A DNA stretch of 64,000 nucleotides from an uncultured virus (IMG/VR IMGVR_UViG_3300037200_000039). Taxonomy: Duplodnaviria; Heunggongvirae; Uroviricota; Caudoviricetes. The translations under genes were made by a program, and so were the position numbers. Numbering within the stretch: the first letter of the stretch is position 1; each line of letters begins with the position of its first letter. The stretch is taken from the IMG/VR virus record IMGVR_UViG_3300037200_000039. One strand, written 5' to 3'. Positions 36,411 to 47,474 of this stretch are shown one piece after another. The notes under the pieces are model-generated. The model had not been told where the DNA came from and made no database searches. It was given only the letters and a program-made list of their open reading frames with translations.

Positions 36411-39400
36411 ATGACGACCGTCAACGTCAGCCAGCCGGGGCCGATTCAAACGGTCACGGTAGCGACGCCTGGGCCGCAAGGTCCGACCGGCCCCATGGGC
36501 AATCCGGGGCCTACGGGAACTACTGGCCCTACCGGACCTGTAGCCATGGGGCCGACGGGAGCTACGGGACAATTCGGCGGTCCCACCGGGCCAACTGGCG
36601 GATCTGGCCCTACGGGTCCCAGCGGTACGGGTCCCACAGGCGCCACAGGAGGCGCAGGACCCACGGGCGGTGCTGGACCTACGGGTCCGAGTGGGACCGG
36701 ACCCACGGGTCCTACGGGCGCAGGACCCACGGGCGGTGCTGGACCTACGGGACCGAGCGGAACCGGACCCACGGGTCCTACGGGCGCAGGACCCACGGGC
36801 GCAACCGGGGCTGGCGGCCCCACCGGGCCGTCGGGCACTGGACCTACGGGGCCTACGGGCACAGGCGCCACGGGCCCCACAGGAACTACCGGCCCTCCAG
36901 GGGGACCCACGGGCGCAACCGGGGCTGGCGGCCCCACCGGGCCGTCGGGCACTGGACCTACGGGGCCATCAGTGACCGGACCCACGGGCGCCACAGGGCC
37001 GACGGGTCCTGGTGGCATTGGGACTACGGGTCCTACGGGCCCCACAGGAATCGGAGCGACCGGAGCTACCGGCCCCACAGGTATAACGGGCCCTACGGGA
37101 TTCGGTGCGGGTTCTGCTGGACCTACTGGACCTACGGGACTCACTGGATCTGGAGCCACCGGACCCACTGGTCCCACAGGCACCGGACCGACGGGGGCCG
37201 GCGCCACTGGTCCGACTGGACCATCTGGCGTCGGCCCTACCGGCCCTCCCGGAGTCGGCGCATTGGGACCGACGGGGCCTACGGGCTCAATAGGTCCTGG
37301 CGGCGATGACTCCAACCAGTTGTATGCGAGCACCTATCCCGGCATAGATCCGACCGGTACCACCGATAGTGCCGTGGCATTGCAGGCGGCAGTCACTGCT
37401 GCTGTTACTGCTGGCAGGGAACTGGTGATCGATTGCCCGATTCTCTGCGTGATTGGATTCGACTACACCAAGACAATTTTCCTGCCCTCCTACCTCTCCA
37501 TGAGGTTTACCAAGGCTGGAATGTTCATCACACAAGCCACGGGACCCAAGTTTCTGTGTTTCGTCGGTACCAATATTTGCATCGATGGCATGAATCTCGT
37601 TTACAACGCGGCCGTGTGGCCGCTGGCGATTTATGCGGCGGGAGGTATTTTGACAGGCACGCTCACTACGGCAGGGAGCGGCTATGTCAACGGCACCTAT
37701 AACAACGTGCCATTAACCGGCGGCCATGGCTTCACCGCATTCGCGAATATCGTGATTACTGGCAATGCCGTGCAATCGGTCACCATTGGCACTGGCTTGG
37801 GCTCAAACTTCCAAGTCAACGATGTATTGTCGGCCTCTGCGACCTATTTAGGCGGCGGTTCGCCCACTGCGTTTAGCTATACGGTCAATAGCGTTTCAGC
37901 GACGCCGGCATTCCAGACAGCAGAAACCAACTGTGTATATACCACGCTAAATAATTACCTTCAGACTCTCTACAACACATCGGGCGGGATCAATGGAGTC
38001 AATTTCGCTGGTGGCAGTGCGGGCCCGTGGGGCAATAGCACAACCAACGAATGCGCGATCATTGATTTTCGCGGCGGCTTTACCACCAATGTTTCCTTTA
38101 CCGGTCATACCATTATTCAAGTACCCAATGGAGCACCAGCCTGCAATTTTCCGCCAACGATATTCAATAATGCGAACGAATGGAATCCCGGCTCGACCGC
38201 GGTTACCAATGGGGCCATCGTTACTTCGACGCTCACCAGCGGGGGCTCTGGCTATACCCCTGGCACCCATAACTATGTAGTGCTAACTGGAGCTGGCACT
38301 GCGGGTACCGTCAAAGCAACACTCGTAGTCAATACCAGCGGTGTAATATCGTCGTACACTATCTACAGCGCCGGTACTGGAATATCTGCTGGCAATGTAC
38401 TCACCTACAGCGGTTCTGGCGGCAGCGGGCTCCAAATCACAGTCAACACGGTTGGATATACTCCGCCGAGTTGCTCTCAGGGCCCCTCGAATATTACCTT
38501 TGAAAATCTGACGGTGGACGGTTATTGCATGGGCAGCGTCGGGGTGGTTGGTGGGACCACGGGTCTAAGCATCGAGAACTTGAAGACGCTGCGCTACAGC
38601 GATGCGCAGAATTCCATTACGAATGATCCGCAAGGCTTACAGGTCGGCAGTTGCGGTACCTGGTTCGCTCCACCACATTTCTTTTATGGTACGACTTCTT
38701 CCAATCCGAACTTTTTTGGAAAGGTCTGTATTGACGCATGGTATGACGCAGGACTGTATACCGGATTGCCCACTCGTCGCTCAACTGCTAGCGGTCTGAT
38801 GCAGCGATGCAAGTTCACTGCGAGCAACGGCTCGTACGTCAACATGATATCGGCATGCCCTGATGGAGCAATGCAGATGCTAACCAGCAGCCTTCCAGAC
38901 TGTAAGGTAGACGTCAAATGTACGGCCCCTTCAACTACCAATATGTGCACCAATCCTGGCTATCAAACTGGAACGACGGTGGCCGTGTCATTTCCTGGTG
39001 CAGATCCGCTCAACGAAGTATTTTTCAAGGCAAAGATCATTGACCCAGCGCCAGTGCCGGCGGGCTTCCCGTTCGGCAGCGACGGCACCGCGAATCATGT
39101 GGGGCTGTTTTTAGATTTAGAAGTAGCAGTGCAAGACTGGCCGAATGCTGCGTACTCAGTGACGTCTCCATCAGGATTTACAGCCGTCAGCACCTATAAT
39201 ACGGCCTACCCGGGTATTGGATTGGCTGGCGTAAACAACATCCTACGCATGAAAATAGCGTTTGCTGCCTGTACCAGCACCACCACATTCAGAGGTTGTT
39301 TGGACAATGCGGGTGCGACCATTGCGCAAAGCACCGTTTACGATATCGACGTGGCCGGTTGGAGGCAGTTCACCGGCGCGAATGCCGCATCCTATAAGCA

Positions 39401-40049
39401 GCATATTGTTATCGGCAATAGCACGGTCGGTGTAACCGTAAAGATGCTCGATACCTCAAACAATATGCTGATGGTAGTGGAGGATGGCTTAGTAACGGAG
39501 CGCTGGACGCAAGGATCTATCGTGGCACCGCCGGCCGGTTCCACTTTTACGGTTAGCCCAATTAATTACCCAACGGTCTACGCAATCGATCGCTGGGCGT
39601 GGGTGACATGGACCAATACCATTGGCGGTCCTACTTCCATGAATTTAGGGTGGAGCACCTCACCCACTGCTATTGCCTCGGGGCTGCCAGTGGGCGCGAA
39701 TTCTGCTGCGCAAATACCAGGATTCAGCCCGATTCCAGTGGCCGGTACCGGTATCCCGATACTCACGACGGTTGGCGGTAATTTCAGCGTGCAACTTACC
39801 GGCACTGCGACCGGGGGCACTATGACGACCTTGGTCGACACTAGCCAGAGTTGGACCTCGAACCAATGGCATGACTATGGGCTTTACAATATCACCCAGG
39901 GCTGGACGGTGATTATCGCGTCAAGTACCAGCAATACGCTGACCCTAAAGTACGCGGCTCCTACATCGGCTACCTCTGGTGATTCGTATGTAATTACAGC
40001 AGCGGGTCTTTTATCGCTTAGCGGCATTTGCACCTATGGAATCATCTAA
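36411..40049 (+). CDS. Long collagen-like fibre with a spike-like body
   Basis: About 290 aa of GPT repeats, then [17 protein letters not shown] (spike neck) and GSGY..GTY..V.LTG repeats. Confidence 0.85.
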   Translation: MTTVNVSQPGPIQTVTVATPGPQGPTGPMGNPGPTGTTGPTGPVAMGPTGATGQFGGPTGPTGGSGPTGPSGTGPTGATGGAGPTGGAGPTGPSGTGPTGPTGAGPTGGAGPTGPSGTGPTGPTGAGPTGATGAGGPTGPSGTGPTGPTGTGATGPTGTTGPPGGPTGATGAGGPTGPSGTGPTGPSVTGPTGATGPTGPGGIGTTGPTGPTGIGATGATGPTGITGPTGFGAGSAGPTGPTGLTGSGATGPTGPTGTGPTGAGATGPTGPSGVGPTGPPGVGALGPTGPTGSIGPGGDDSNQLYASTYPGIDPTGTTDSAVALQAAVTAAVTAGRELVIDCPILCVIGFDYTKTIFLPSYLSMRFTKAGMFITQATGPKFLCFVGTNICIDGMNLVYNAAVWPLAIYAAGGILTGTLTTAGSGYVNGTYNNVPLTGGHGFTAFANIVITGNAVQSVTIGTGLGSNFQVNDVLSASATYLGGGSPTAFSYTVNSVSATPAFQTAETNCVYTTLNNYLQTLYNTSGGINGVNFAGGSAGPWGNSTTNECAIIDFRGGFTTNVSFTGHTIIQVPNGAPACNFPPTIFNNANEWNPGSTAVTNGAIVTSTLTSGGSGYTPGTHNYVVLTGAGTAGTVKATLVVNTSGVISSYTIYSAGTGISAGNVLTYSGSGGSGLQITVNTVGYTPPSCSQGPSNITFENLTVDGYCMGSVGVVGGTTGLSIENLKTLRYSDAQNSITNDPQGLQVGSCGTWFAPPHFFYGTTSSNPNFFGKVCIDAWYDAGLYTGLPTRRSTASGLMQRCKFTASNGSYVNMISACPDGAMQMLTSSLPDCKVDVKCTAPSTTNMCTNPGYQTGTTVAVSFPGADPLNEVFFKAKIIDPAPVPAGFPFGSDGTANHVGLFLDLEVAVQDWPNAAYSVTSPSGFTAVSTYNTAYPGIGLAGVNNILRMKIAFAACTSTTTFRGCLDNAGATIAQSTVYDIDVAGWRQFTGANAASYKQHIVIGNSTVGVTVKMLDTSNNMLMVVEDGLVTERWTQGSIVAPPAGSTFTVSPINYPTVYAIDRWAWVTWTNTIGGPTSMNLGWSTSPTAIASGLPVGANSAAQIPGFSPIPVAGTGIPILTTVGGNFSVQLTGTATGGTMTTLVDTSQSWTSNQWHDYGLYNITQGWTVIIASSTSNTLTLKYAAPTSATSGDSYVITAAGLLSLSGICTYGII

Positions 40050-40408
40050 TGAATGAATGGACTGAAATGTGGGAACTGGTCAAAGGCAAGCATCGTAAGC
40101 GCGAGCATCAGGAGATCTACATCTATGCCGGTCCGGTAGTAGACGAGACAGGTACGGTGACTCATGCGACAAAAACACAATTCACGATTCACTGCGCGCG
40201 GTATGTGCTCGAGCAGCTTGATCCGAATGAGGGATGGGAAATACTGCATGTCGGGGGCCACTACCCGCCGGACGAATGGGTGGGCAAGCCTAGTCACCAC
40301 ATCAACCGCACTATGCAGCGCGTGCCCAAGCATCCCGGCTTGACCTTCGTCGCAGGCGCTACCATACCGCCGGACCACAAGGAGTTAGTTAGAGGGGATA
40401 CCAAATGA
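40049..40408 (+). CDS. Hypothetical protein
   Basis: Coupled between the fibre gene and the glycosyltransferase. Confidence 0.6.
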   Translation: MNEWTEMWELVKGKHRKREHQEIYIYAGPVVDETGTVTHATKTQFTIHCARYVLEQLDPNEGWEILHVGGHYPPDEWVGKPSHHINRTMQRVPKHPGLTFVAGATIPPDHKELVRGDTK

Positions 40409-41460
40409 AGATCGCCATTTCATCTATCTCGAAAGACGAATCGCTGCACGTTGCTAGATTTTGCGAATCGGCGAAAGATGCTGATTTGATATCCGTATGC
40501 GACACTGGATCTACTGATAACACCGTAGAACTATTGCATGAGTATGACGTTGTCGTACATCACATAAATGTAACTCCATGGCGCTTTGATGACGCCAGAA
40601 ATGCGGCTCTTGCATTGCTTCCAACCGATGTCGACGTAGTAGTGAGTTTAGATCTAGATGAAATTCTTCAGCCAGGTTGGAGAGAGGAAATCGAACGGAT
40701 ATGGGTTCCTGGAACAACACGCATGAGATATGGTTTTGATTGGGGATGTGGAATCGTATTCCAATACGAGAAAATATTTGCTCGTAAAGGCTATAGGTTT
40801 CACCACCCCCTACACGAGTACCCCGTGGCGGATCGCATTCAAGAAGTCTGGGCAAATACCGATAAATTGCTGGTAATCCATCAGCCAGATCCTAATAAGT
40901 CTCGCGGCCAGTATTTGGATATCCTGCGGATATCGGTTGAAGAAGATCCATTCTGTCCGCGCAATGCATTCTACTACGCACGCGAATTATCGTTTCATCA
41001 GCGGTGGCAAGATGCCATTGATCAGGCGCGACGCTATCTCGCGTTACCGCGTGCGACATGGCCTAGCGAGCGCTGTTATGCGACGCGCGTCATTGGACGT
41101 TGCTACCAGGAATTGGGCGACTACACCAGCGCCTTGTCGTGGCTGCGCACCTCGGCTAGCGAAGCGCCAGAGACGCGCGAACCGTGGTACGAACTGGCGC
41201 TTGCCTGTTATCGCACGCAACGCTGGCCCGAATCATTGGGTGCGGCGCTAACGTGTCTCACTATTGCTAACCGTGAAAAGCTCTATACGGTGGACCCAGA
41301 AGTATGGGGCTGGGCGCCGCATGATCTCGCGTCTATTGCTGCCTATAACTTAGGATTATGGCAACTCGCCTTGGAACACGCCAAGCTTGCGGTGGCTCTC
41401 GCACCGGATGATTTACGACTGCGCCAAAATTTGGCGTTCTGCGAGGCAAAAGTCGCATGA
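40405..41460 (+). CDS. GT2 glycosyltransferase with C-terminal TPR repeats
   Basis: ISKDE, CDTGSTDNT, RFDDARNAAL, SLDLDE, LHE, then TPR-like helices (FYYAREL, REPWYELA). Confidence 0.92.
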   Translation: MKIAISSISKDESLHVARFCESAKDADLISVCDTGSTDNTVELLHEYDVVVHHINVTPWRFDDARNAALALLPTDVDVVVSLDLDEILQPGWREEIERIWVPGTTRMRYGFDWGCGIVFQYEKIFARKGYRFHHPLHEYPVADRIQEVWANTDKLLVIHQPDPNKSRGQYLDILRISVEEDPFCPRNAFYYARELSFHQRWQDAIDQARRYLALPRATWPSERCYATRVIGRCYQELGDYTSALSWLRTSASEAPETREPWYELALACYRTQRWPESLGAALTCLTIANREKLYTVDPEVWGWAPHDLASIAAYNLGLWQLALEHAKLAVALAPDDLRLRQNLAFCEAKVA

Positions 41461-42158
41461 GTACGCCAGCCGCCAATGTGACCAATACCTCAGGTACGTA
41501 TAACTTTGCTCCTTCTCTTGGTGAGACGGTTCTATATAGTTTTGGATTATGCGGAGTGCGTGCAACGGCCCTCACGCAATCGCACTTCGAGACCGCGCGC
41601 ATGGCGGCGAATCTCATGATGTCGGCATGGTCCGCGCGTGGGGTTAATTTGTGGCAGGTAGATTCTCAACAGATCACATTGCAGCAGGGATGCAGCACCT
41701 ATCAGGTTCCATCGAATACGATTGTGATGCTGGATATGTACATCACGCATACGACCGGTATCGATCGAGTCGTCATGCCGATTAGCCGTACCGAGTACGC
41801 GAATTTTCCCAATAAGCAGCAGCAGGGTTTCCCCAACTGTGCTTGGTTTGATCGATTGCTATCACCCACTGTGACGCTCTGGCCGGTGCCTGACAGTACT
41901 GTCAAGTGCCTCCACTATTATCGTCTGCGCCAGTCTCAGGATTCTATATTGGGCAATGGCGCGTCAATCGAAATCCCAACGTATTTCTGGGATGCATTCG
42001 CGCTCGGCCTGGCGTGGCGCTTGGCGCTCACTTGGGCGCCGGCACAGGCGCCAATGCTCAAGCCATTAGCCGATGAAGCGTACAACTTCGCAGCGACGCA
42101 GAATGTAGAGAGTTCAAATTATTACCTTGCGCCAATGATCGGCGGGTATTTTCGGTAA
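41457..42158 (+). CDS. Head-tail connector/tail tubular-type protein
   Basis: TSGTYNF, W.ARGVNLW, ISRTEY...PNK.QQG.P, LWPVPD, GLAWRLA. Confidence 0.7.
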   Translation: MSTPAANVTNTSGTYNFAPSLGETVLYSFGLCGVRATALTQSHFETARMAANLMMSAWSARGVNLWQVDSQQITLQQGCSTYQVPSNTIVMLDMYITHTTGIDRVVMPISRTEYANFPNKQQQGFPNCAWFDRLLSPTVTLWPVPDSTVKCLHYYRLRQSQDSILGNGASIEIPTYFWDAFALGLAWRLALTWAPAQAPMLKPLADEAYNFAATQNVESSNYYLAPMIGGYFR

Positions 42159-42877
42159 TGGCATACGCATCCCTCCAAGGTCGGGCTAATCCAAACAGAG
42201 GCGCAGCAGCGATCTGTGATCGGTGCGGATTCGTGTTTTCCCACGTTGACCTAAAATCGCAGAGTGAATGGCGCGGCCCGGTGCTGCAAAACATTCAACT
42301 GCTGGTGTGCAGTACTTGCATGGATATTCCGCAGGAGAACTTGCGCTCGATTGCCGTACCGGCCGATCCGCGCCCGATACTCAACGCGCGCGTGCAAGAT
42401 TTCGCGGTCGCCGAAACAGACTATCGCGCCCTGACGCCGTCGACCGTCACTGATTTTGTGACCGGACTGCCACGACCAGCGGCGACGCTGCGCGTAACTC
42501 AGGATTGCAGCAATCGGACTTCCACTGGCTACAGTCAGCCGCTAGGGCTTGAGCAACCAGCGATCATGCCGCAACAACTCCTAAACGATGTTCCGACAGC
42601 CTATGGCATTGTGCTCCCAGTGCTCTCAGTGAGCGCGCTCGGGACTATCGTGACGGTGACCTGTTCCGCTGTTCACAATCTGCAACCGGGCTATCAAGTA
42701 TCAGTGCTTGGATTGACCGCTGGCAATGGGTTCTACAGCGTCGAAGTACCCACCGCGACGATGTTTACGTATCAGACGATTGTGCCAGTAGCGCCTTCGC
42801 TGACCTCGCAAACAAGGATCGTCACAGCGAATGTGGGACTGCCATTGGGCGCAACGGAGTTGCAGAGTGGCTACTAA
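42158..42877 (+). CDS. Conserved structural protein with N-terminal CDRCG...CxxC
   Basis: AICDRCGF...[11 protein letters not shown]...DPRP..NAR; C-terminal beta domain. Confidence 0.72.
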   Translation: MAYASLQGRANPNRGAAAICDRCGFVFSHVDLKSQSEWRGPVLQNIQLLVCSTCMDIPQENLRSIAVPADPRPILNARVQDFAVAETDYRALTPSTVTDFVTGLPRPAATLRVTQDCSNRTSTGYSQPLGLEQPAIMPQQLLNDVPTAYGIVLPVLSVSALGTIVTVTCSAVHNLQPGYQVSVLGLTAGNGFYSVEVPTATMFTYQTIVPVAPSLTSQTRIVTANVGLPLGATELQSGY

Positions 42878-44039
42878 GGAGATCCCGCAACTTCCGGCGC
42901 TGATTGCGCTAACTGGCAGCGAACTGATTGAAGTCGTTCCGGTAGGGCCTACGGGCGTACCTGGGGCATCATCGCGCGCTACATTGAGGCAGGCTGCCGC
43001 CTTGGGCGGACCAGCTGGACCGACGGGTCCCACGGGCGCATCTGGTGGGCCGACGGGTCCCACCGGCCCCAGCGGTACGGGTCCGACTGGCGCCACAGGT
43101 GCAGGCGCAATGGGCGCTACAGGTCCCACGGGCCCTGGCGGCTCCGGTCCTACCGGGCCATCTGGCGCAGGCGCCACGGGCCCCACTGGTCCTAGCGGCA
43201 TTGGCCCGACGGGTGCCACGGGTTCCTCCGGCACCGGGCCCACTGGGCCGACTGGTATTGGCGCAATGGGTCCCCCGGGTCCGACCGGGCCCCAAGGCGT
43301 TGGCTTCTTTGGGCCGACTGGACCCACTGGTGCGGGTGCCACAGGAACTACCGGAGGTACAGGATCGGCGGGTCCCACAGGCGCCACAGGAGGCGCAGGC
43401 GCGATGGGCGCTACAGGTCCCACGGGCCCTACCGGCGCAACAGGACCTAGTGGCACTGCGGGCACCCCCGGCGGCCCCACGGGCCCTACGGGTACTGCCG
43501 GCCCTACGGGTCCTGGTGGCAGCGGGCCCACAGGACCATCGGTAACTGGACCTACCGGCACCGGCGCCACAGGTCCTACGGGTCCGAGTGGGACCGGTCC
43601 CACGGGTCCTACGGGCGCTACCGGAATAGGATCGGCGGGCCCGACTGGACCTACGGGCGTCGGTTCAGGTTCGCCAGGCCCCACAGGACCCACCGGGTCC
43701 CCTGGCAGCGGAGGCAGTGGGATTACCGGCGTTGCTACCGATACACCATCAGGCACACAGAACAATTACACGGTTGCTGGTGCGATGGGTTCGACGATTA
43801 CTTTTATTGATCTAACTCCATCGGGAGCCTGCAATATCACCGGATTGATAGCCGGCTTCGATGGTCAGTTTGTGACCATCACGAATTTGAGTGCAACTAT
43901 TTCGCTGACGCTGGATGCACTCAATGCAGGATCAACCTCGACCAATCAATTTCGCTTAGTTGGCAATTTAGCGCTTGGCCAATACAACAGCGCATCCTTT
44001 CGGTACTCCGCCACTATTGGCCACTGGATATCCGTATGA
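42867..44039 (+). CDS. Collagen-like fibre adaptor
   Basis: GTG 42867 [18 protein letters not shown]; about 230 aa of GPT repeats; C-terminal domain paralogous to 29045. Confidence 0.82.
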   Translation: MATKEIPQLPALIALTGSELIEVVPVGPTGVPGASSRATLRQAAALGGPAGPTGPTGASGGPTGPTGPSGTGPTGATGAGAMGATGPTGPGGSGPTGPSGAGATGPTGPSGIGPTGATGSSGTGPTGPTGIGAMGPPGPTGPQGVGFFGPTGPTGAGATGTTGGTGSAGPTGATGGAGAMGATGPTGPTGATGPSGTAGTPGGPTGPTGTAGPTGPGGSGPTGPSVTGPTGTGATGPTGPSGTGPTGPTGATGIGSAGPTGPTGVGSGSPGPTGPTGSPGSGGSGITGVATDTPSGTQNNYTVAGAMGSTITFIDLTPSGACNITGLIAGFDGQFVTITNLSATISLTLDALNAGSTSTNQFRLVGNLALGQYNSASFRYSATIGHWISV

Positions 44040-45472
44040 AATATCTACTAGCACTAATCCTAGTGACCCTGCCGCTCACGGCAAGTGCTCAGGCGCCGGT
44101 ATATAACTACTTCTCTCCAGGGTGTGCGTTATCTGGCACCGCGTCGCAACAAACGGTCAATTTGAATACCGGCGGATGCATTGTTGGTAATCTGTCGGTG
44201 ACCAACCTCAACGGCGGCACGGCAGCATCCGCGTCGACCTACTTTAGCGGTGCGGGTACTTGGACCACGCCGCCCGGTGCGCCAGGCGGCGCCAATCAAC
44301 AAGTACAAGTGAACAATTCAGGCGTATTCGCCGGATATCCTAATTTCACGTGGACCTCGAGCAACAATTCGCTGTACGTGGGTTATTCAACGAGTTCAAC
44401 CAACGGCAGTTTGGTAATAGGAGGGACCGGAACCGGGGTAGGCACGGTCCGCGGCGGCGCAGAACTGGATCTAAGCGGTAATCCGCTAATTCTCTATACC
44501 ACGGGCGGCGGCGCCCTCAACATCGCGGGCTCTGCTGGGACTGGCGCAAGTACAGGAACCTCGATCTCGATGACCGCAGGTAATACCGGATCAACCTCAT
44601 CATCGCCCGGAGGTGCCGTGACCATTACGGGGGGAGTGGGCAATGCCAGCGCTGCCAGTGGACAGATATCTCTCGTTGGCGGATCTGGCTATTCGACCAC
44701 GGGGACCGCCGGCAATGTATCCCTGCAAGGCGGTTTGGGAAACACGTTGAGCAAATCTGGTCAGGTGAATATATTGACCAACAATACCACCAGAATGACC
44801 ATCCCAAATACAGGAGGATTGTCTATCAGTTCGCCAGCGAGCGGGGCAGCGCTGACTGTCAATGCAGCTAGTGGTACCCCAGCCGCTAATATAGTGGGGA
44901 CTGCTGGCAGCATATTTTCATCGCAAGCACTACAAGTAACTTCTCCCAACACAGTTGGCCAAAGCAACGGCATGCGGATCGTCGCGGGTACCAATTATGG
45001 GGATTCACAGTTAATGCTGACGAACGCAGCAGGTACGATTAATGATTGGATATTCTTGGGCGACGGCGGATTGGTATCATCCGGCCAAAGCGACAAAGGC
45101 GCCGGTACAGTCAACGCGCAGGCGCTGTATGTGAATGGGTTATCTGTGAATCCGAACGCTTCTTGGGCAATGTCCACTGGTGCAAGCGGGACATCGCCTT
45201 CGCTGAATTATTGTCTTCATTGCGGATCAACGGCTATCGTTCGTAGTAGTACCGGGCTATACATGATCACTCATAACGATGGACTCAATGGTTCTGGATC
45301 TGGGGGTTCGCTTGTTTGTGGATTATCTCAACTAGGTGTGGGATCGTCCCCTGCATTAGTGGCTGGAAGCGCCTTTAGCAGCACCACAGCGTACGTATCG
45401 GTATATTCTGTGTCGTCGGGGATTCTTGCCGATATACAGGGCGTAACAGTTGCTTGTATCCATACTAACTAA
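44036..45472 (+). CDS. Gly/Ser/Thr-rich fibre protein with a predicted signal peptide
   Basis: [40 protein letters not shown] repeats; [16 protein letters not shown]. Confidence 0.8.
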   Translation: MKYLLALILVTLPLTASAQAPVYNYFSPGCALSGTASQQTVNLNTGGCIVGNLSVTNLNGGTAASASTYFSGAGTWTTPPGAPGGANQQVQVNNSGVFAGYPNFTWTSSNNSLYVGYSTSSTNGSLVIGGTGTGVGTVRGGAELDLSGNPLILYTTGGGALNIAGSAGTGASTGTSISMTAGNTGSTSSSPGGAVTITGGVGNASAASGQISLVGGSGYSTTGTAGNVSLQGGLGNTLSKSGQVNILTNNTTRMTIPNTGGLSISSPASGAALTVNAASGTPAANIVGTAGSIFSSQALQVTSPNTVGQSNGMRIVAGTNYGDSQLMLTNAAGTINDWIFLGDGGLVSSGQSDKGAGTVNAQALYVNGLSVNPNASWAMSTGASGTSPSLNYCLHCGSTAIVRSSTGLYMITHNDGLNGSGSGGSLVCGLSQLGVGSSPALVAGSAFSSTTAYVSVYSVSSGILADIQGVTVACIHTN

Positions 45473-45483
45473 GCAGATCGCAT

Positions 45484-45963
45484 ATGACCCCCAACCTCAG
45501 CGCCTTTCTAGCGATGATCCGCTTCGCAGAAGGGACCAGTACCTATCCTGACCCCTATGCCGTGACCTTTGGTGGCAAGTTCACTATTACTGATTTCTCG
45601 AACCACCCGTACTGCGCTCTGCAATGGCATGGCGAGCCGCTGGATTTCTTAGGATCGGATTACGTGGGCAAGATCTCCACTGCGGCAGGTGCCTATCAGA
45701 TCACGGCGCCGACGTGGCGCGTCTTGAGGCGCCTATGGTCATTGCCAGATTTCTCGCCAGCATCACAGGACGCAGCAACGGTAGAACTCATTCGCGCGAA
45801 ACGCGGCGCACTCGACTGTATCGAATATGGAAACCCGGAGGCCGCGATTTTTGCATGTAGTGGCATCTGGGCAAGCTTCCCTGGGTCAACCTCGCGACAA
45901 CCACAACGAGAACTCACTTCTTTGATTGAATCGTACACCAACGGCGGAGGCACGCTCGCATGA
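45484..45963 (+). CDS. Endolysin, lambda R-like lytic transglycosylase
   Basis: AFLAMIRFAEGT, STAAGAYQI, DFSPASQD, WASFPG. Confidence 0.9.
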   Translation: MTPNLSAFLAMIRFAEGTSTYPDPYAVTFGGKFTITDFSNHPYCALQWHGEPLDFLGSDYVGKISTAAGAYQITAPTWRVLRRLWSLPDFSPASQDAATVELIRAKRGALDCIEYGNPEAAIFACSGIWASFPGSTSRQPQRELTSLIESYTNGGGTLA

Positions 45964-46118
45964 ATATTATATGGATTATCTTGCTCGTATTGCTCATAGG
46001 TGGCGCATTCGGAGGTTCCCATCTGGGGTGGTATGGCTACGGCGTGGGATACGGTGGTGGCGGAGTGCTGATACTAATTTTGTTGCTGGTGTGGCTGGCA
46101 AGTGCGGGGCGCATATGA
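45960..46118 (+). CDS. Small two-TM protein, DUF3309-like
   Basis: Hand-translated MNIIWIILLVLLIGGAFGGSHLGWYGYGVGYGGGGVLILILLLVWLASAGRI. Confidence 0.65.
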   Translation: MNIIWIILLVLLIGGAFGGSHLGWYGYGVGYGGGGVLILILLLVWLASAGRI

Positions 46119-46321
46119 CAGCGTCAGAGTTGGCTCAAATAATCACGTCGATAGCGACACTGATAGGCGTGATTGTGAGCGCAGTCGTATCATTGCGTAA
46201 TGGCATAAAGATTGATGCCGTCCACAAGTCGACAAACGGACTCGCGGAGCGCAACGAGGCAATTGCACGCAAGCTCGGGGTAGAGGAAGGTAAGGCAACA
46301 GCGAAGGCGAATCCGACATGA
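46115..46321 (+). CDS. Single-TM lysis-cassette protein (holin/antiholin-like)
   Basis: MTASELAQIITSIATLIGVIVSAVVSL...IDAVHKSTNG. Confidence 0.65.
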   Translation: MTASELAQIITSIATLIGVIVSAVVSLRNGIKIDAVHKSTNGLAERNEAIARKLGVEEGKATAKANPT

Positions 46322-46632
46322 ATATCACCGTTATCACACCGTCAATCGGCATAGCGCCAGCGATTCCCTGGTATCAAAGCCCGCAACTTATCGGACTCAT
46401 TACCACGATAGTTTCAGCAGCCATAGCGATATATGGCCCAAAGCTGAATATCTCCTCCACCGACATAACGACCGTCGTCACCGATATATTCGGTGTAATT
46501 GCGCTGATTGCGCCAATTATTGGCACTGTGCTTAGGATTAAATCTACCGTGCAGCCGGTCACTCTCACGCAAGCTGCCGCCGACGTACACCCCAATACTA
46601 TTGCATCAGGGATCACACAACATGTACCGTAA
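46318..46632 (+). CDS. Two-TM holin-like protein
   Basis: PWYQS motif followed by two hydrophobic segments. Confidence 0.65.
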   Translation: MNITVITPSIGIAPAIPWYQSPQLIGLITTIVSAAIAIYGPKLNISSTDITTVVTDIFGVIALIAPIIGTVLRIKSTVQPVTLTQAAADVHPNTIASGITQHVP

Positions 46633-46740
46633 AATCGTAATCAGCATCGCAATTGGGAGCGCCATACCATTCATTCTGGGGGCATTCATTCTGGTTGCCG
46701 AGAGAATGCATTGACTGCTCCACATTGAATAAGGCATAGC

Positions 46741-47235
46741 GTGCCGGATATCCGTCTCCAATTTGTTCTCGGATCTGGATTACGATCCAGAGCTATTGCT
46801 TGGTGGGGTAACGGCTATGGCGGCCTCAGTCACTGTGATGGCATTTTGAGTGACGGCCGACTGCTTGGAGCTCGCAGCGACGCCGTAGGGGGACAGCCAG
46901 CGGGTACGGATATTCGACCAGCCAATTACGAAAAGTGGCTAAAGCGCATCGTCGTGACATTCGATGCGTCCCCTCTGGAATATGCGTCATGGGAAGCGAG
47001 CTTGCGGGCGAAGATCGGCACCCCGTACGATACAGCCGCTATATGGGGATTCATTACCGGCAGATCCGAGAACACCGCAGGGCAATGGATCTGCTCCGCA
47101 CTCCAAATCAATGCATTGCAGCACATCGGACGTATATCATTCCCGCTACCCATGCCGGCGCACCAAATAACCCCTAACACGCTGCTGAATATTGCGGTGG
47201 CTGTTGGGGGAACATTCGAAGTCTTTGACCACTAA
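46741..47235 (+). CDS. Permuted papain-like NlpC/P60 (YiiX/YebB-like) protein
   Basis: SHCDG...GTPYD...WICSAL...ITP. Confidence 0.78.
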   Translation: MPDIRLQFVLGSGLRSRAIAWWGNGYGGLSHCDGILSDGRLLGARSDAVGGQPAGTDIRPANYEKWLKRIVVTFDASPLEYASWEASLRAKIGTPYDTAAIWGFITGRSENTAGQWICSALQINALQHIGRISFPLPMPAHQITPNTLLNIAVAVGGTFEVFDH

Positions 47236-47246
47236 AGGAGCCTAAA

Positions 47247-47426
47247 ATGACCAGACAAACGTATGAAGAGGAAGACGACGCTCGCCGTCTGAAGCATATT
47301 GAGCAGATGCTTGAGCAAATTATGGAGCGCTCGCCGGCAGCACCACCGCCAGCAACGCCAGATAAGGCGCCTGAGCCAGAAATTGCCATCCCTGGTAATT
47401 GGGGGAAACATAAGCCTAAGAAATAG
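47247..47426 (+). CDS. Small hypothetical protein
   Basis: AAAGGAG upstream; MTRQTYEEEDDARRLKHIEQML... Confidence 0.6.
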   Translation: MTRQTYEEEDDARRLKHIEQMLEQIMERSPAAPPPATPDKAPEPEIAIPGNWGKHKPKK

Positions 47427-47474
47427 TTGACTTTAGGTGTATAAGTACGGTAGCACACGCAACGGACCGTAACC

